A stretch of 62,508 nt of DNA, the filler included, from Chrysochromulina tobinii (lineage: Eukaryota): assembly GCA_001275005.1 (NCBI GenBank). It is 4 parts of 4 records of this genome, joined end to end, with 100 filler letters (N's around TTAATTAATTAA, not from the genome) between each part and the next. Parts side by side here need not be neighbours in the genome. Positions count along the whole stretch, not along the records: positions 32,850 to 56,561 come from JWZX01001071.1; positions 56,662 to 62,508 come from JWZX01001072.1; 2 more parts are not named here. The stretch is one strand, 5' to 3'. The notes beneath the pieces are model-generated. The model saw only the letters and a program-made list of their open reading frames with translations, had not been told where the DNA came from and did not search any database. The position numbers were made by a program, and so were the translations under genes. Of this stretch, positions 45,744 to 56,703 are shown piece by piece (position 1 is the first letter of the stretch; every line of letters starts with the position of its first letter).

Positions 45744-48089
45744 ATGCCTTCCGACGCCAACAAGCCCGCGGACGCGCACGCGCTGGCGCAGCTGGCGGCT
45801 CGTATCGACGCCGCGCTCTCCGCATCGATTGGCGGCGCCTCGCTACTCCACGGGCCGGCAGGCTGCGGCAAGACGAGGCTAGTCGACGCGCTCGGCAGAC
45901 GGCTCTCGTGGCCCATCGTGCGCGTGAGCGTGGAGCGCGTGTGCCGTCCGCGTATTGGAGGCGCCGAGGCCGCGTTGCACGCCGAGTTGGATGCGGCGCG
46001 TGCCAGAGCGCCTTGCGTGCTCATCATCGACGAGCTGCACGCGCTCGCACCTGCGAACGCGCTGCCCGGCAGCATGGAGTCGCGCTTGGCGCTCCAAGTG
46101 GCCGACGCATTGCAGGAGCTGCGAGCATCGGCTGTGTACACGGTGGGCGTCTGTCGCGAACCCGAGGCGCTGCACGCGGCAGTGCGCCGCAGTGGTCGCC
46201 TTCACCACCAGCTGGGCTTGCGAGCGCCCTCTCCGGCGGAGCGCTCGGCTATCCTCGAGTCGCTCGCAGAGCAGTTGCTGCCGTCCGGAGAAGCCGGCGA
46301 CCGTATGCGTGCGACCGTGCGAGCGGTCGGCGCGGACGCGCACGGGCTGTGTGGCGCGCAGCTCGCCGGCCTGTGCCAGCACGCGGCAACTGCGGCGTGG
46401 AGGCGGGAACGAGCGGCGGCAGAGGCGGCGGAGGTGTCGGAGGCAGCAACGAAGGCGGCGGAGGCGGATTCGAAGGCAACGGAGGCGGCGGATGCAGCGG
46501 CGAAGGCTAAGGCGCGAGCAGCTGCGGCGCCGGTGCTCGCTTTGTCTCCCGCGGCTAAAATCGACGCCAAAACCTTCCAGAAGCAATGGGAGAGCCTTCC
46601 CACAGCGGCGACGTGGTCAGCAGTCGTCGGCGGCTCAGGTGTCGTCGAGGGGCTCAAGGACCGCCTCGCTGCCAAGCACGTGAAGTGCATGGCCTCTGGC
46701 GCACAGGCCGACGTGTCCAAGTTCTACTTGTATGCCGTCGAGGCGACGACGAGCTGCCTGGTGCTCGTTGAGCTTCAGGTCGCTTGGCCGTTAGGCCAAG
46801 CTTCCACAGTCATCAAGGGGGATCCGAACGCGGCTGCTGTCATTGCTCCCTTATCAGCCCTCCTCCTGGCAGAGCTGACATGCGAGCAAGTGGTGGCCGA
46901 GGAGCCTCGCGACGAAGAGCAGCACGAGCGGCCGGCCGAAGTGGGCGAGGCACACGGGGCGGAGGCTGGTGGCCTGAGTGTGCCCCTTGGCCGGCCGAGC
47001 GAGGCTGAATGGTGGGCTGTGATGCATGAGAGACCGATCGACCCGCTTGCCTATGGTTGCCTCTCTCATCGCCCCCGATCGCCCCCTCCCTCATCAGGTG
47101 GGCTGCCATGCATGCAGCGCGATCGAGTGCTCTGAGCGCGCTCCGGCTGCCGACGCTATCTCCGAGTGGTGCTCGAGATGGTATCTCCGCGGCCGCGGCG
47201 CTCGAGGCGCTGCGCACGATGCCCTCTGGAGAGGCCCTGCTGGCGAGCTTGATCGCGCCGCTGCGCTCGCCACACGTGCTCGCGGCCCTGGGCGTGCGCC
47301 CGCTGGGCGGCGTGCTTCTGCACGGGCCTGCCGGCTGTGGGAAAACGACCCTCGCGCGCTACGTGGCCGCGGCGGCCGCGGCCAATTTCGTCGAAGTGCC
47401 CGCCGCGGCGCTCATCTCTTCCACAGTGGGCGCGTCCGAACGCAACCTCGCGAGGCTCCTCGGCGCCGCGCGCGCCGCCGCGCCGTGCATCCTCTTCCTG
47501 GATGGCCTCGAGTCGCTAGCTCCGGTGCGCGGGGCGGACACCCGCCGATGACCTCTGATTGCCTATTGATTGCCTTTGAGGACCTCTTGATTGCCTCCCT
47601 CATCAGGTGCGCGGGGCGGACACCACGACAGAGGGGACGATGGACAGATTGCTCTCGCTCTTGCTGTGCGAGCTAGACGGCGCTCGCCAACACGGCAGCG
47701 ATGGCAGCCCGCCCCTCGTGCTACTGGGCGCCACGCGCGAGCGCTCCCTTTTGGACCCTGCCATCCTGCGCCCCGGTCGTCTCGACGTACACCTGCACGT
47801 CGGCCTGCCGGACGCTGTGCAGAGGCGCGCTCTCCTCCAGCATCAGCTGCTCGCAAGCACCCCCGTCGCGTGGGCGAAGGCGGCAGAGCACGAGGCGGCA
47901 GAGCAGGCAGCGGCCACGGACGCGGCCGGCGCAGGTGACGTGTCGCTCGAGTGGCTCGTCGCGCTGACCGAGGGCTATTCCCTCGCACAGCTGAGCGCGC
48001 TCTGCCGCAAAGCGGCGATGGCTGCCCTGCGCGAGAGCTTGGACGCGCCGCGGGTGCAGATGGCGCATTTTGAGGGTGCTCTCTTGTAG
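45744..48089 (+). CDS. Double AAA+ ATPase (CDC48/AFG2-like) with inserted beta-adaptin appendage C-terminal-like domain; introns 47012-47097 and 47525-47606
   Basis: Two GPAGCGKT Walker A; IIDE / LFLDG Walker B; DPAILRPGRLD; insert IDAKTFQKQWESLP...KCMASG..KFYLYA (~46540-46880). Confidence 0.85.
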
Positions 48090-48329
48090 GGACCCTATAG
48101 TCGCGAGTCGGGCGCTCCCGAGCGTCCCAAAACACGTGTGTGATACCGATTTGGATTCATGTTCGGTACCAACGAAGACCCAATTTGACCCAAAGGGGTA
48201 GGGGGAGGTATTCTTTCTGGATTCACACACTAACCCCACGACCTGCTTGAAACGACGCGTGCAGTACGCGCGAAATATCGGCCGCCGTATAGGAATTTCC
48301 TACACGCGCGCTTCACTTTCGCGCCTCAA

Positions 48330-48851
48330 ATGGCAGAAGTCGCGCCGCGGCGGACGCTGCGCTCGCCCGTCGTCGGCCAGAAGCGCGTGCTCGAGGAGCA
48401 GCCCACCACCGCCTCCAAGCGTTACCCTGTCCGCTCCAAGATCGCTCTTGAATTTGAATTCGCTGCTAACCTTGCACCTCTTGAGATGGTCGCGCTGCTA
48501 GAGGACGCCGAGGACCGGCCATCGGAGGATGGCGACTATGTCCCCGAGGAGCCCGATGAGGTCGACGAGGAGTACGACGAGATGGACGCGATCAAGGAGC
48601 GCGGCGAGCTTGATGCGCTCGCCAACGGCGATGCCACCGTGACTCCAGCAAGCGCCGCTCTCCTTGACGAGCTTGCCGAGGCCGACGAGGACGATGCTGA
48701 CGAGGACGACGAGTTCGAGCCCGCCGAGGAGGAGGAGGATGAATCGGACGATGACGACGATGGTGAGGAGGAGGAGGACGACGACGACGAGGAGGCCTCA
48801 GAGGAGGAGGCCGACGAGGATGCTGACGAGGCCGACGTTGACGAGGCCTGA
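48330..48851 (+). CDS. Small acidic protein with basic N-terminus
   Basis: 173-aa ORF, D/E-rich tail, DGDYVPE motif. Confidence 0.7.
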   Translation: MAEVAPRRTLRSPVVGQKRVLEEQPTTASKRYPVRSKIALEFEFAANLAPLEMVALLEDAEDRPSEDGDYVPEEPDEVDEEYDEMDAIKERGELDALANGDATVTPASAALLDELAEADEDDADEDDEFEPAEEEEDESDDDDDGEEEEDDDDEEASEEEADEDADEADVDEA

Positions 48852-49487
48852 AGCTCAAGCTGCTCCTTCCTCAACATCGGGCGGCATGCCCCACCGAGCG
48901 CGCCAGTGGTCTCCGACGGCGCATTCTTCGAGAGTGGTGACAGCCATCGGATATGGACTTTGCCTATGTTCCCGCCCTGTATCAGTGCTTCTTCGGGTGG
49001 CTGAGTGTGGACATGTCACTGTGTCGGCGGTAGCGCTCCGGTACCCGCCCGTCTCGTGTCAGTGTCGTGATCGTGTGCATTTACATGTGTTGGGCCGACA
49101 GCCACAGGACTGTATGTTGCTCACAAGTATTTAATAATTCAAAATTTTCTATGCACGCCTTGCGGGCTCGATGACTAGGTGAAGGCTGTCCCACGCACGG
49201 AGTGCGGCGCGCTCGAGCTCCACTGCCACTCGGACGTCGCTCGTTACTCCTCACCGCCCCAGGGCTCAGGGGTCAACCGGCGCGGCAGATGTGGGAACGG
49301 AGTCATGATGCTCGAGGCGCGACGCTCAGCGTCTCACTCATTACAAGACTCTCCGCGACGGCAGTGTTGTGCACGCTCGGTCGTGCACGGCGCCATCCCC
49401 GGACTTACCCCAGACTATTCATGCACTGCCCATGCGAGCGGCAGCGCCCCGCTCGGTTCGCTCGCTCGGTTCGCTCACTCGGTTCGC

Positions 49488-50927
49488 TCACTCGGCGATC
49501 TCGTCGTCGCGCAGGTCGAGCTGCGCCTCGTCGAAGCGGCTGAACGCGCCCACCTCGGCTTCCTTTTCGCGCGTCTCATACGCGAAGATAAAGCCGACGA
49601 TCACGAACTTGAGGGAGAAGATGCACATCCAGAGGGTCGCGCCGAAGCTCTGTCCTGGCGTCATGTTCTCGAAGGAGGGCATGCCGGCAAGCTTGACAAT
49701 GTCGAAGAGGATTGAGACGGCCACGAGCACCAGGTACATGAGCATGAAGTTGCGGTTCTTGGCGTCCAGGTAAAAGCCCGCGAGCACGATGAGCAGCGCC
49801 GACCAATCGACGGTGTCGATGATCATTAACAAGTACAGCACGAGCTGCAGCATGAGCGCGAGGTAGAGGCCCTTTTTGAAGCTGAGGAGCTTCGTCGACT
49901 GGAACTCCATCCAAGCCTCGGCCACGTTCTCCGACTTCCACAGGCTGAACAACGTCATGGTGAGCACGGCGCCCGCGAGCGAGACGAGCACAAAGGAGAA
50001 CCGGAGCAGCCCGAAGGAGGCTTCCAGCTCGACCACGCCCCAGCCGAGCGTGTCGGGGATCATGAGTGCATACATGGTCATGGCGACGAAGAGGAGCAGC
50101 CACAGTGCCGCCCAGCAGCAGCAGATGATGCCCTTCTGCATGTAGTCAGTGAAGCCGAACCCCTTCTCTATCTGCTGCGCCATCTTAGCCACCATCGGAA
50201 TCTCTTTGGCAGCGTACAGGGCTGTGAAGGCCGTGGCCGCGAGGCCTGGGATCAAGGCCAACCAGAGCAGGCCGACCGCGGTCGCGCCCGCACGCCCCGC
50301 GGCGCACCACGCCTCGACGGGCGTGCTCTTGGGCGAGCCGTTGTCCCACTTGGATGGGTCAGGCGTCATCGCGCACAAGCTGCCCAGGCTGCAGTCGTTC
50401 TTTTTGCCGCCGCAGAAGATGTATGAGTCGACCGTCGGGTTTGAGGCCGTGCCGAACTGGACGTTGGTCAGCGAGAGGTAGGCGGTAAACGGCTGGCCAC
50501 GGTTGAGCGCCGTCGCTTTCAGCCACGCAAAGTTGGCCATTGACGCCAGCAGCAGGAGGTTGACAAGAAGGCCAACGAAAGCGACGATCAGCGGCACGCT
50601 GTTGAGCTTGTCGAGGTCGGCCTGGGAGATGCCGAGTTTCGCGAACGCCTCATCTGCGGACGGAAGCCGGCAGCGAGTGAGGACGGTCTCGCGACGAGCA
50701 GCTAAGCTGCAGCAGCACGGGCTCAGCTTCGTCACATCCCGCTGCTGCTGCATGCGTGCGTGCCGTGTGCTGCCAGTGGCATGCGGACAGGCCGGACAAC
50801 CCGGCGCAGTCTGGAGTTTCTGGCCGGTCGGTCAGGCTGCGCGCAGGCGCGTGCCGCGCGAGGCTGCGAGCCGCGCTAATGCAGTCGCACCCTTGGCTTT
50901 CTTGATTTGCAACTTGATATCCGCCAT
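49488..50927 (-). CDS. Multi-pass membrane protein; intron 50654-50890
   Basis: Exon 1 MADIKLQIKKAK + phase-1 GT-AG intron joins to DEAFAKLG...; about 8 hydrophobic segments. Confidence 0.75.
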
Positions 50928-51224
50928 CGCACACAGATCTGTTCGCAGGCACACGCGATGCGGTCAGCACGGCTGTTGGCGCTCCAGATGGACGGGAAGC
51001 GACGTTGCTCACTTTGAGGGCGCAAGGCGAGCGGCCAGGCGGATTCAGACAAGGCTTCACTTCGATTCGGCTGCTGACGGTGCGCGCGCGCGCTGGATAG
51101 ATTGCGCTGTCATCAGCAAAGGGTAAGATTGGTCAAGAATTATTTGGTGCGAAGTCGACTAATTAGGGGCGATTCACGATAGGTAGGTTCTCGTCGTCGG
51201 CAACCTCGATGTTTTCCTTCCAGC

Positions 51225-53462
51225 ATGCAGTGCATTACGGCGGTCCTCGCTGGGCCCTACCTACAAGACCCACTCGCTGCGATCGGACAAATGTACCTTT
51301 CGGGCGCATCGGTTTTATCGCGCGACTGCACGGTAGGCGGGTGCCCCGCTAGCGAGGTCAGCGGCCGCTACTCGCACTGCGCCGATGTCTTTTCGACCAG
51401 CGCGGGCGACCACATGATCATCTACGGTGGCCAGGGTATTGTCGACGGCGTGTCGCTATCGACGCTCGGCGACGCGTGGGCGTATGACATGACGCGCGAC
51501 TCATGGACGCTCATCCAGGACATTCGCGCCGGCGTCATGCTCACGAGCATGCCCGCGCCGCGCTCCTCGCATAGCTGCACGATCGTCAACAAGAACCCCG
51601 TCGCGGGCACGGCTGACTTTCTCACATTTGGCGGCCGCGTCCAGCGCCAGGTCGGAACGGCTGTGGTGGCCACCAATGAGGTCTGGCGCCTGCGCCTTAC
51701 CGACCAGCGCGTCACGGGCGAGGGCACGCTCGTGGTTGGCGTGTGGTCGCGCCTTTACGCCTCGACGTTGGAGCAGCCCGTGCCGCGGTTCGACCACACG
51801 GCGGTCGCATATGACGGCTCCGTGCTCATGTATGGTGGCTGCGAGGGCGACGCCTCAGCCTTCGACGACGTGTGGCTGCTCGACTACACAGGAAATGCCA
51901 ACGCCTCATGGAGGGCTCTGACGGTGGGTGCTGCGAGCGTGACCGGCACGACCAGCCCAGGGACGGGATCCATCACGCCCGGCCGCCGCTGCGCACACGC
52001 GGCGGCGCCCGCATCGGAGGGGATGCTCGTCTTCGGAGGGCGCACCCCAAGGTTACCGCCCGGCGCCAATGACCCCGTGTGGCCTTCCCTCTCTGACGCC
52101 TGGGCCTTCAACGTCGGGAACGCATTCCGAGGGCCTGGCTACGGCACGTGGACGCGCATGCCGCTCAACGAGCGCAACGCGCAGGGCGTGGTACTGCCCA
52201 ACGCGAAGGTCAACCGGTCGGACCATGCCGTGCTCATGATCTATCCCCAGACTCTCCTTGTCTACGGCGGCCTCGTCACCGATGAGACGCTCAGTACCAT
52301 CTACGTTGCGAGGGACTGGCTGCACGTCGCGCTGAATGCGGTGCGCTCGAATCCGAGCATGGTCACGCATCTCGCATGGGGTCCCGACTGGCGCTTTGAT
52401 CACACGATGGTCCTCGCCCCCGTGATTCGACACCCACGGGCGAATCGCATGCTGTACAACGCGCCGCTCCTGTACGCGGGCGCCGGCGGGCGGAAGATCT
52501 TCGACGACATGTGGGTGTACGATCTGCAACTGAACGAGTGGATTGAGTTCACCTCCGGCGACGAGGCGCCCACCGTGGCCTTGAGCATGCTCTCCTCGCT
52601 CCTCTTCGGCGCAGCGGGTTTCGTTGCGTATGCATGCGTCCTCGTGGCTCTCTTCGCACGCCGTTTAAACAGGTATCTGCCACAGAGCACCCGGCCTAAC
52701 GCCCCCGTGCAGGCGCAAGAAGCCCCGACGCACGCGCAAGGACCCCCGCGCCGGCGCGGAATATCTCCCGATGAGATCTGTACGCTGCCGCGTGTCAAGT
52801 GGGCCGATTTCGTTAATCACAAGGGCAGCGAGAGCTCATGGACGGGCAGCGGCGGCGGTGGCGACACCGCGACCGCCCGGGGCGACGCCGAGGCCGCGAC
52901 AGCTTGGGTCGAGGGCACGAGCAAGCTCGAGGAGATGGAGGAGGAGGATTTGTGTGCGGTGTGCTTAGGGAGGTACGAGGCGGACGACCTACTCATCCGG
53001 CTGCCGTGCGAGCATCTCTTCCATGAAGCATGCATCGGCCGCTGGCTCGAGACAGACGGTACGTGCCCGAAATGCCGCTTCAATCTTCGCAGGCGAGCGG
53101 GGCGCCCTTCGGCACGACATGAGCGGTTTCGCCAGATGAATGTCGCGGAGCTGATCACGGACATGATCGCACAGTCAGTCGTCGACGACTCGCCGCCGCG
53201 GTCGCCGCCGCGGCGCGACGAGGAGGCTGGCATCGAGCTCGTTGACGTCGGCCGCACCGTCCTCACCGGCCACGCCGATGGCAGCACATCGCTGCAAGCA
53301 AGCGCAGAGTCGCACCCGCGACCAAGCCCAAGCGCGGAGCCGGAGGCGCCCCCGCCGCAGGCCGCGCCCCCCGAAATCGTGGCGAACGCGGCAGTTTTAA
53401 GGGGTGTGCGAGTTCCAGTTCGGGTCAGTCCCGAGCCTCAGCCCGAGCCCTCTGTTGCATAG
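51225..53462 (+). CDS. Kelch-repeat + TM + RING-H2 E3 ligase-like protein
   Basis: Repeated R..H....YGG/FGG...DxW kelch units; TM ~52575-52660; CAVCL...LPCEHLFHEACIGRWL...CPKCR. Confidence 0.88.
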   Translation: MQCITAVLAGPYLQDPLAAIGQMYLSGASVLSRDCTVGGCPASEVSGRYSHCADVFSTSAGDHMIIYGGQGIVDGVSLSTLGDAWAYDMTRDSWTLIQDIRAGVMLTSMPAPRSSHSCTIVNKNPVAGTADFLTFGGRVQRQVGTAVVATNEVWRLRLTDQRVTGEGTLVVGVWSRLYASTLEQPVPRFDHTAVAYDGSVLMYGGCEGDASAFDDVWLLDYTGNANASWRALTVGAASVTGTTSPGTGSITPGRRCAHAAAPASEGMLVFGGRTPRLPPGANDPVWPSLSDAWAFNVGNAFRGPGYGTWTRMPLNERNAQGVVLPNAKVNRSDHAVLMIYPQTLLVYGGLVTDETLSTIYVARDWLHVALNAVRSNPSMVTHLAWGPDWRFDHTMVLAPVIRHPRANRMLYNAPLLYAGAGGRKIFDDMWVYDLQLNEWIEFTSGDEAPTVALSMLSSLLFGAAGFVAYACVLVALFARRLNRYLPQSTRPNAPVQAQEAPTHAQGPPRRRGISPDEICTLPRVKWADFVNHKGSESSWTGSGGGGDTATARGDAEAATAWVEGTSKLEEMEEEDLCAVCLGRYEADDLLIRLPCEHLFHEACIGRWLETDGTCPKCRFNLRRRAGRPSARHERFRQMNVAELITDMIAQSVVDDSPPRSPPRRDEEAGIELVDVGRTVLTGHADGSTSLQASAESHPRPSPSAEPEAPPPQAAPPEIVANAAVLRGVRVPVRVSPEPQPEPSVA

Positions 53463-53763
53463 CAGTCAATGAGTTCCAAGCAAAGGGTTTGTTCACACCA
53501 GTATCTCACACACGCAGGGTGGGGGCGAGATATAGCCCCCGAGCCGAGGATTTTGAGTGTCGACGGTGTCACACTTTGGAGTGTCTGACACTGAAATTTC
53601 GGGAAAAGTTTCGTCGAAGTTTCGTCACTGATCTCACTGAGTTTCGTCATCTCTTTATTATGAAATCAGTGGGTTTCGTCAGTCAGTCTACCGGTCGTAA
53701 ACCTCCGTAGGGTATAGCCCGACAGAACGCGATTGCACGACACAACGCGAGGCCGCGAGACAC

Positions 53764-54717
53764 ATGCGAGGGAACGAAATACCCTCGGCCGGCCAGTCTG
53801 CGTCCCCATCACAGTGCGGTGATTGCTGCGCACGATGCATGAAGCTCGGCCATGACTGTGGCATATCCTCCTCGTGCGACTGCTCCTCGCTGGGCTGCTC
53901 GCACTCCACCTGTGACTTTTGCATCCCAGACCCGTCGCCGCCATTGCCACCAGGCTCGCCTCCAGATACCTGTGCGCCCTGCTACAACTCCATGCTCGAG
54001 GAAGGCGATTGTTGCCTCGTGCCCGGTTGCGTGCACAGTAAGTGCTCCTTCTGCACGAACTATGGACCGTGTGAGGTGCCGCCGCACCCACCCGCGTTGC
54101 CCCCACCACCGTCACTGCCACCAACGCCGTCATCACCACCGTCACCACCGTCACCGCCGCCGCCACCATCGCCGCCACCGCCGCCACCGCCGCCACCGCC
54201 GACACCGCCGACACCGCCGACACCGCCGCCACCTCCGCTCCCGAGTCCTCGACCACCCTCGCTGCTGCCTGCACTTCCCAACCCACCGCCAGAATGGTTC
54301 GGGTATGCAGGTTCAGGGCTCGCTGGAGCGACCACCATGGCCCTCCTGTGCTGCATTTGCCGCGGATGCAGACAACCGACGACCCGCCAGCTCCCGAGGC
54401 TGCGAGTGCGTGGTCCTATCCTGCTTGCACGCGCTCCTCATGTGGTTGATCCGCTTCCACACGCGTCATTCCACGGCTGCAATGCAAGCATCCGCACGGA
54501 TCCTTGCATTACAATGGCTCCCATCCAGTCCGCTCCCATCGTGACTGTCGTTGGCATGCCCTATGCCGAGCAAGAGGAGGAGGTAGATGGGCACGATCAA
54601 GAGGCGAATGTGCCTCGATACGAGGACGTGTGCACCTCCGCAATCCCAGGCGTCATTGTTCGAGGTTACCCGCCGCGCTTTGAAGTCGCAGTCGAAGAAC
54701 TGCACCTGTCGGACTGA
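53764..54717 (+). CDS. Cys-rich, poly-proline, single-TM surface-type protein
   Basis: Two Cys-rich modules, PPPSP stalk, hydrophobic segment followed by CCIC. Confidence 0.65.
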   Translation: MRGNEIPSAGQSASPSQCGDCCARCMKLGHDCGISSSCDCSSLGCSHSTCDFCIPDPSPPLPPGSPPDTCAPCYNSMLEEGDCCLVPGCVHSKCSFCTNYGPCEVPPHPPALPPPPSLPPTPSSPPSPPSPPPPPSPPPPPPPPPPTPPTPPTPPPPPLPSPRPPSLLPALPNPPPEWFGYAGSGLAGATTMALLCCICRGCRQPTTRQLPRLRVRGPILLARAPHVVDPLPHASFHGCNASIRTDPCITMAPIQSAPIVTVVGMPYAEQEEEVDGHDQEANVPRYEDVCTSAIPGVIVRGYPPRFEVAVEELHLSD

Positions 54718-55439
54718 CTGACAAGCGGGCAGTCCTGTTGCTGGCGGCACGGTCTTTTCTCTGCTCTGGTGCGCTCCAACCGAAGACAGTCATGTCTACG
54801 CGGATGGCAGCGGTCGACTGGCCGCTACATAAAGGAGCCCCGGGGGACTAATCATACCTCGACGAGGCTACGCAGATACTGACCTTTGGCGCATTGACAC
54901 GGAACCGCTCGACGACGAAACCGCTCGCTTCTCCGAGTCCACACTTCACGGGCGCGCGGTGACGAATGACGTTGCGGATCCGGTCAAACAGTCGTCGAAC
55001 AGCGTTCGCGGCGCTTCGTGGCTTCGAGCGTCGGCGGCGACCGGCGTTCGCATTTTACTTCCGTAGGGTAGCGCGTACGCGGTACTTACTCATAGTCATA
55101 TTCCGTTTCCTTCGTTGCGAGACAGTGCACACTGCGCACAGTCGTTCGAGTCGAGTGCTTACGGTCGAGAGTCTAGTAGCACCTCCCATAGACCGGACAA
55201 AACCGCCTCACTCTCGACTCTGAGTACTGAGAGGCACGAGAACCTCGATAATGGATACCGCGTACACCGTTCGGCATGCTGCACATGGGCATGGATAAGG
55301 GCCAAGGGGCCATCACCACAAAAACAGAGCGAGACAGAAAAGCTTCGAGCTCCTGTACCGAGGACGTCACGTCACGCCGATGCCCGTTTTCCCCCGGCTC
55401 ACACGCGCCCGTGAATGCTAATGGCTGAGCTTTACAATC

Positions 55440-56246
55440 TTACGATGCCCCTGGGTCGACGTAGAAGCTCTTCAGGGTATCGGGCTGCGGCAGAAAGTCA
55501 TCATCGTCGTCATCCGAGTCGATCTCGAGCGACCTCAGTCGATCTCGAACGGTCTCTTGGTCAATCTCGAACGGAGGGGAAGAGGAGGCGAGGACCTCGG
55601 AGTCATCCTCGCCCACAGAAGCTGAGGAGGCGTCGTAGGTGGCGAGGAATGCATTGGTCGCAGCGTGATCTGGATTGATGGACTGTACCTTCCGAAACTG
55701 CTCAATACCCATGTCGATCGCCCCACAGGCGAGTGCAATCTTGCCAACGTGGAAGAGCGCACGCCAGCACTTTGGATCCAGCGACAGTGCCGTCTCGTAC
55801 TCACTGAGCGCTTCATCCTCGTCGTCACGTCGTTCGGCGGCGACGCCGAGCAGGAAATGCATGTCCGCGTCCTCGCCACCCTCCGCCAAAGCAGCCTTTG
55901 CATGCGGCACTGAGCTCTCATGATCGCCGTAGCATGTGTGCGCAGTGGCGAGCAACCGGCTCAGCGTGACGCTCGGCTTGCCTGCCTTATCAGCATAGTT
56001 GGCTGCCGCCGCCTCTAGCTCATCGATGAGACCTTCGAGCTGATCGCGCGATTTCGAGCGAACATCAGCGGAACTAAGCTTGAGCAGCGGCAGATCAGCC
56101 GGAGCAAGCAAGGCGGCCTCCTTGTCGTTGGATGTAGCCAGCACTGAGAGCAGTGGCGCGCGATGAGACTTCGGTGCGTGCGAATTGGCTCCCTGCCATG
56201 CCGTTGCTAGCTGTAGGCATGTCGAGAGCAGCACAAGACACCTCAT
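55440..56246 (-). CDS. TPR protein with N-terminal signal peptide
   Basis: MRCLVLLSTCLQLATAW; ADMHFLLG..., ALSLDP..WRALFHVG..., INPDH TPR units. Confidence 0.8.
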   Translation of the reverse strand: MRCLVLLSTCLQLATAWQGANSHAPKSHRAPLLSVLATSNDKEAALLAPADLPLLKLSSADVRSKSRDQLEGLIDELEAAAANYADKAGKPSVTLSRLLATAHTCYGDHESSVPHAKAALAEGGEDADMHFLLGVAAERRDDEDEALSEYETALSLDPKCWRALFHVGKIALACGAIDMGIEQFRKVQSINPDHAATNAFLATYDASSASVGEDDSEVLASSSPPFEIDQETVRDRLRSLEIDSDDDDDDFLPQPDTLKSFYVDPGAS

Positions 56247-56561
56247 GATAAGCGCGGCTCACAAGAGACGACGAAGGGGCGCGTCGTCGGCGCGTCCGTT
56301 CTCAGTAGGGGGCCGTGAAGAGTGAAGGATCAAAATGAGAAAGATGTACCGGTTCTGAAGTCGAGCGCGTGTGCGCTGCGCGCGCGCGTGAACGAGCGAC
56401 GGAAACACGAGCGCGAGTCAGCGCGTACCACCCAAGACAGCGGGGCAAGAAACCGGGGCCGCGGCTCTGCCACCATCGAGGCGCGCAACCCCGTCGCAGC
56501 GCATGCTCGAGGCCATAACCTCGAATTTGGGGCTCCAGTCAAGCACCGACTCGTCCGGGGT

Positions 56562-56661
56562 NNNNNNNNNNNNNNNNNNNNNNNNNNNNNNNNNNNNNNN
56601 NNNNNTTAATTAATTAANNNNNNNNNNNNNNNNNNNNNNNNNNNNNNNNNNNNNNNNNNNN
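56562..56661. other. Artificial contig linker
   Basis: N44-TTAATTAATTAA-N44. Confidence 0.98.
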
Positions 56662-56703
56662 TCCCCTCCCTCCCTCCCTCCCTCCCTCCCTCCCTCCCCT
56701 CCC
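56662..56703 (+). repeat. (TCCC)n microsatellite at contig start
   Basis: Directly visible. Confidence 0.95.
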
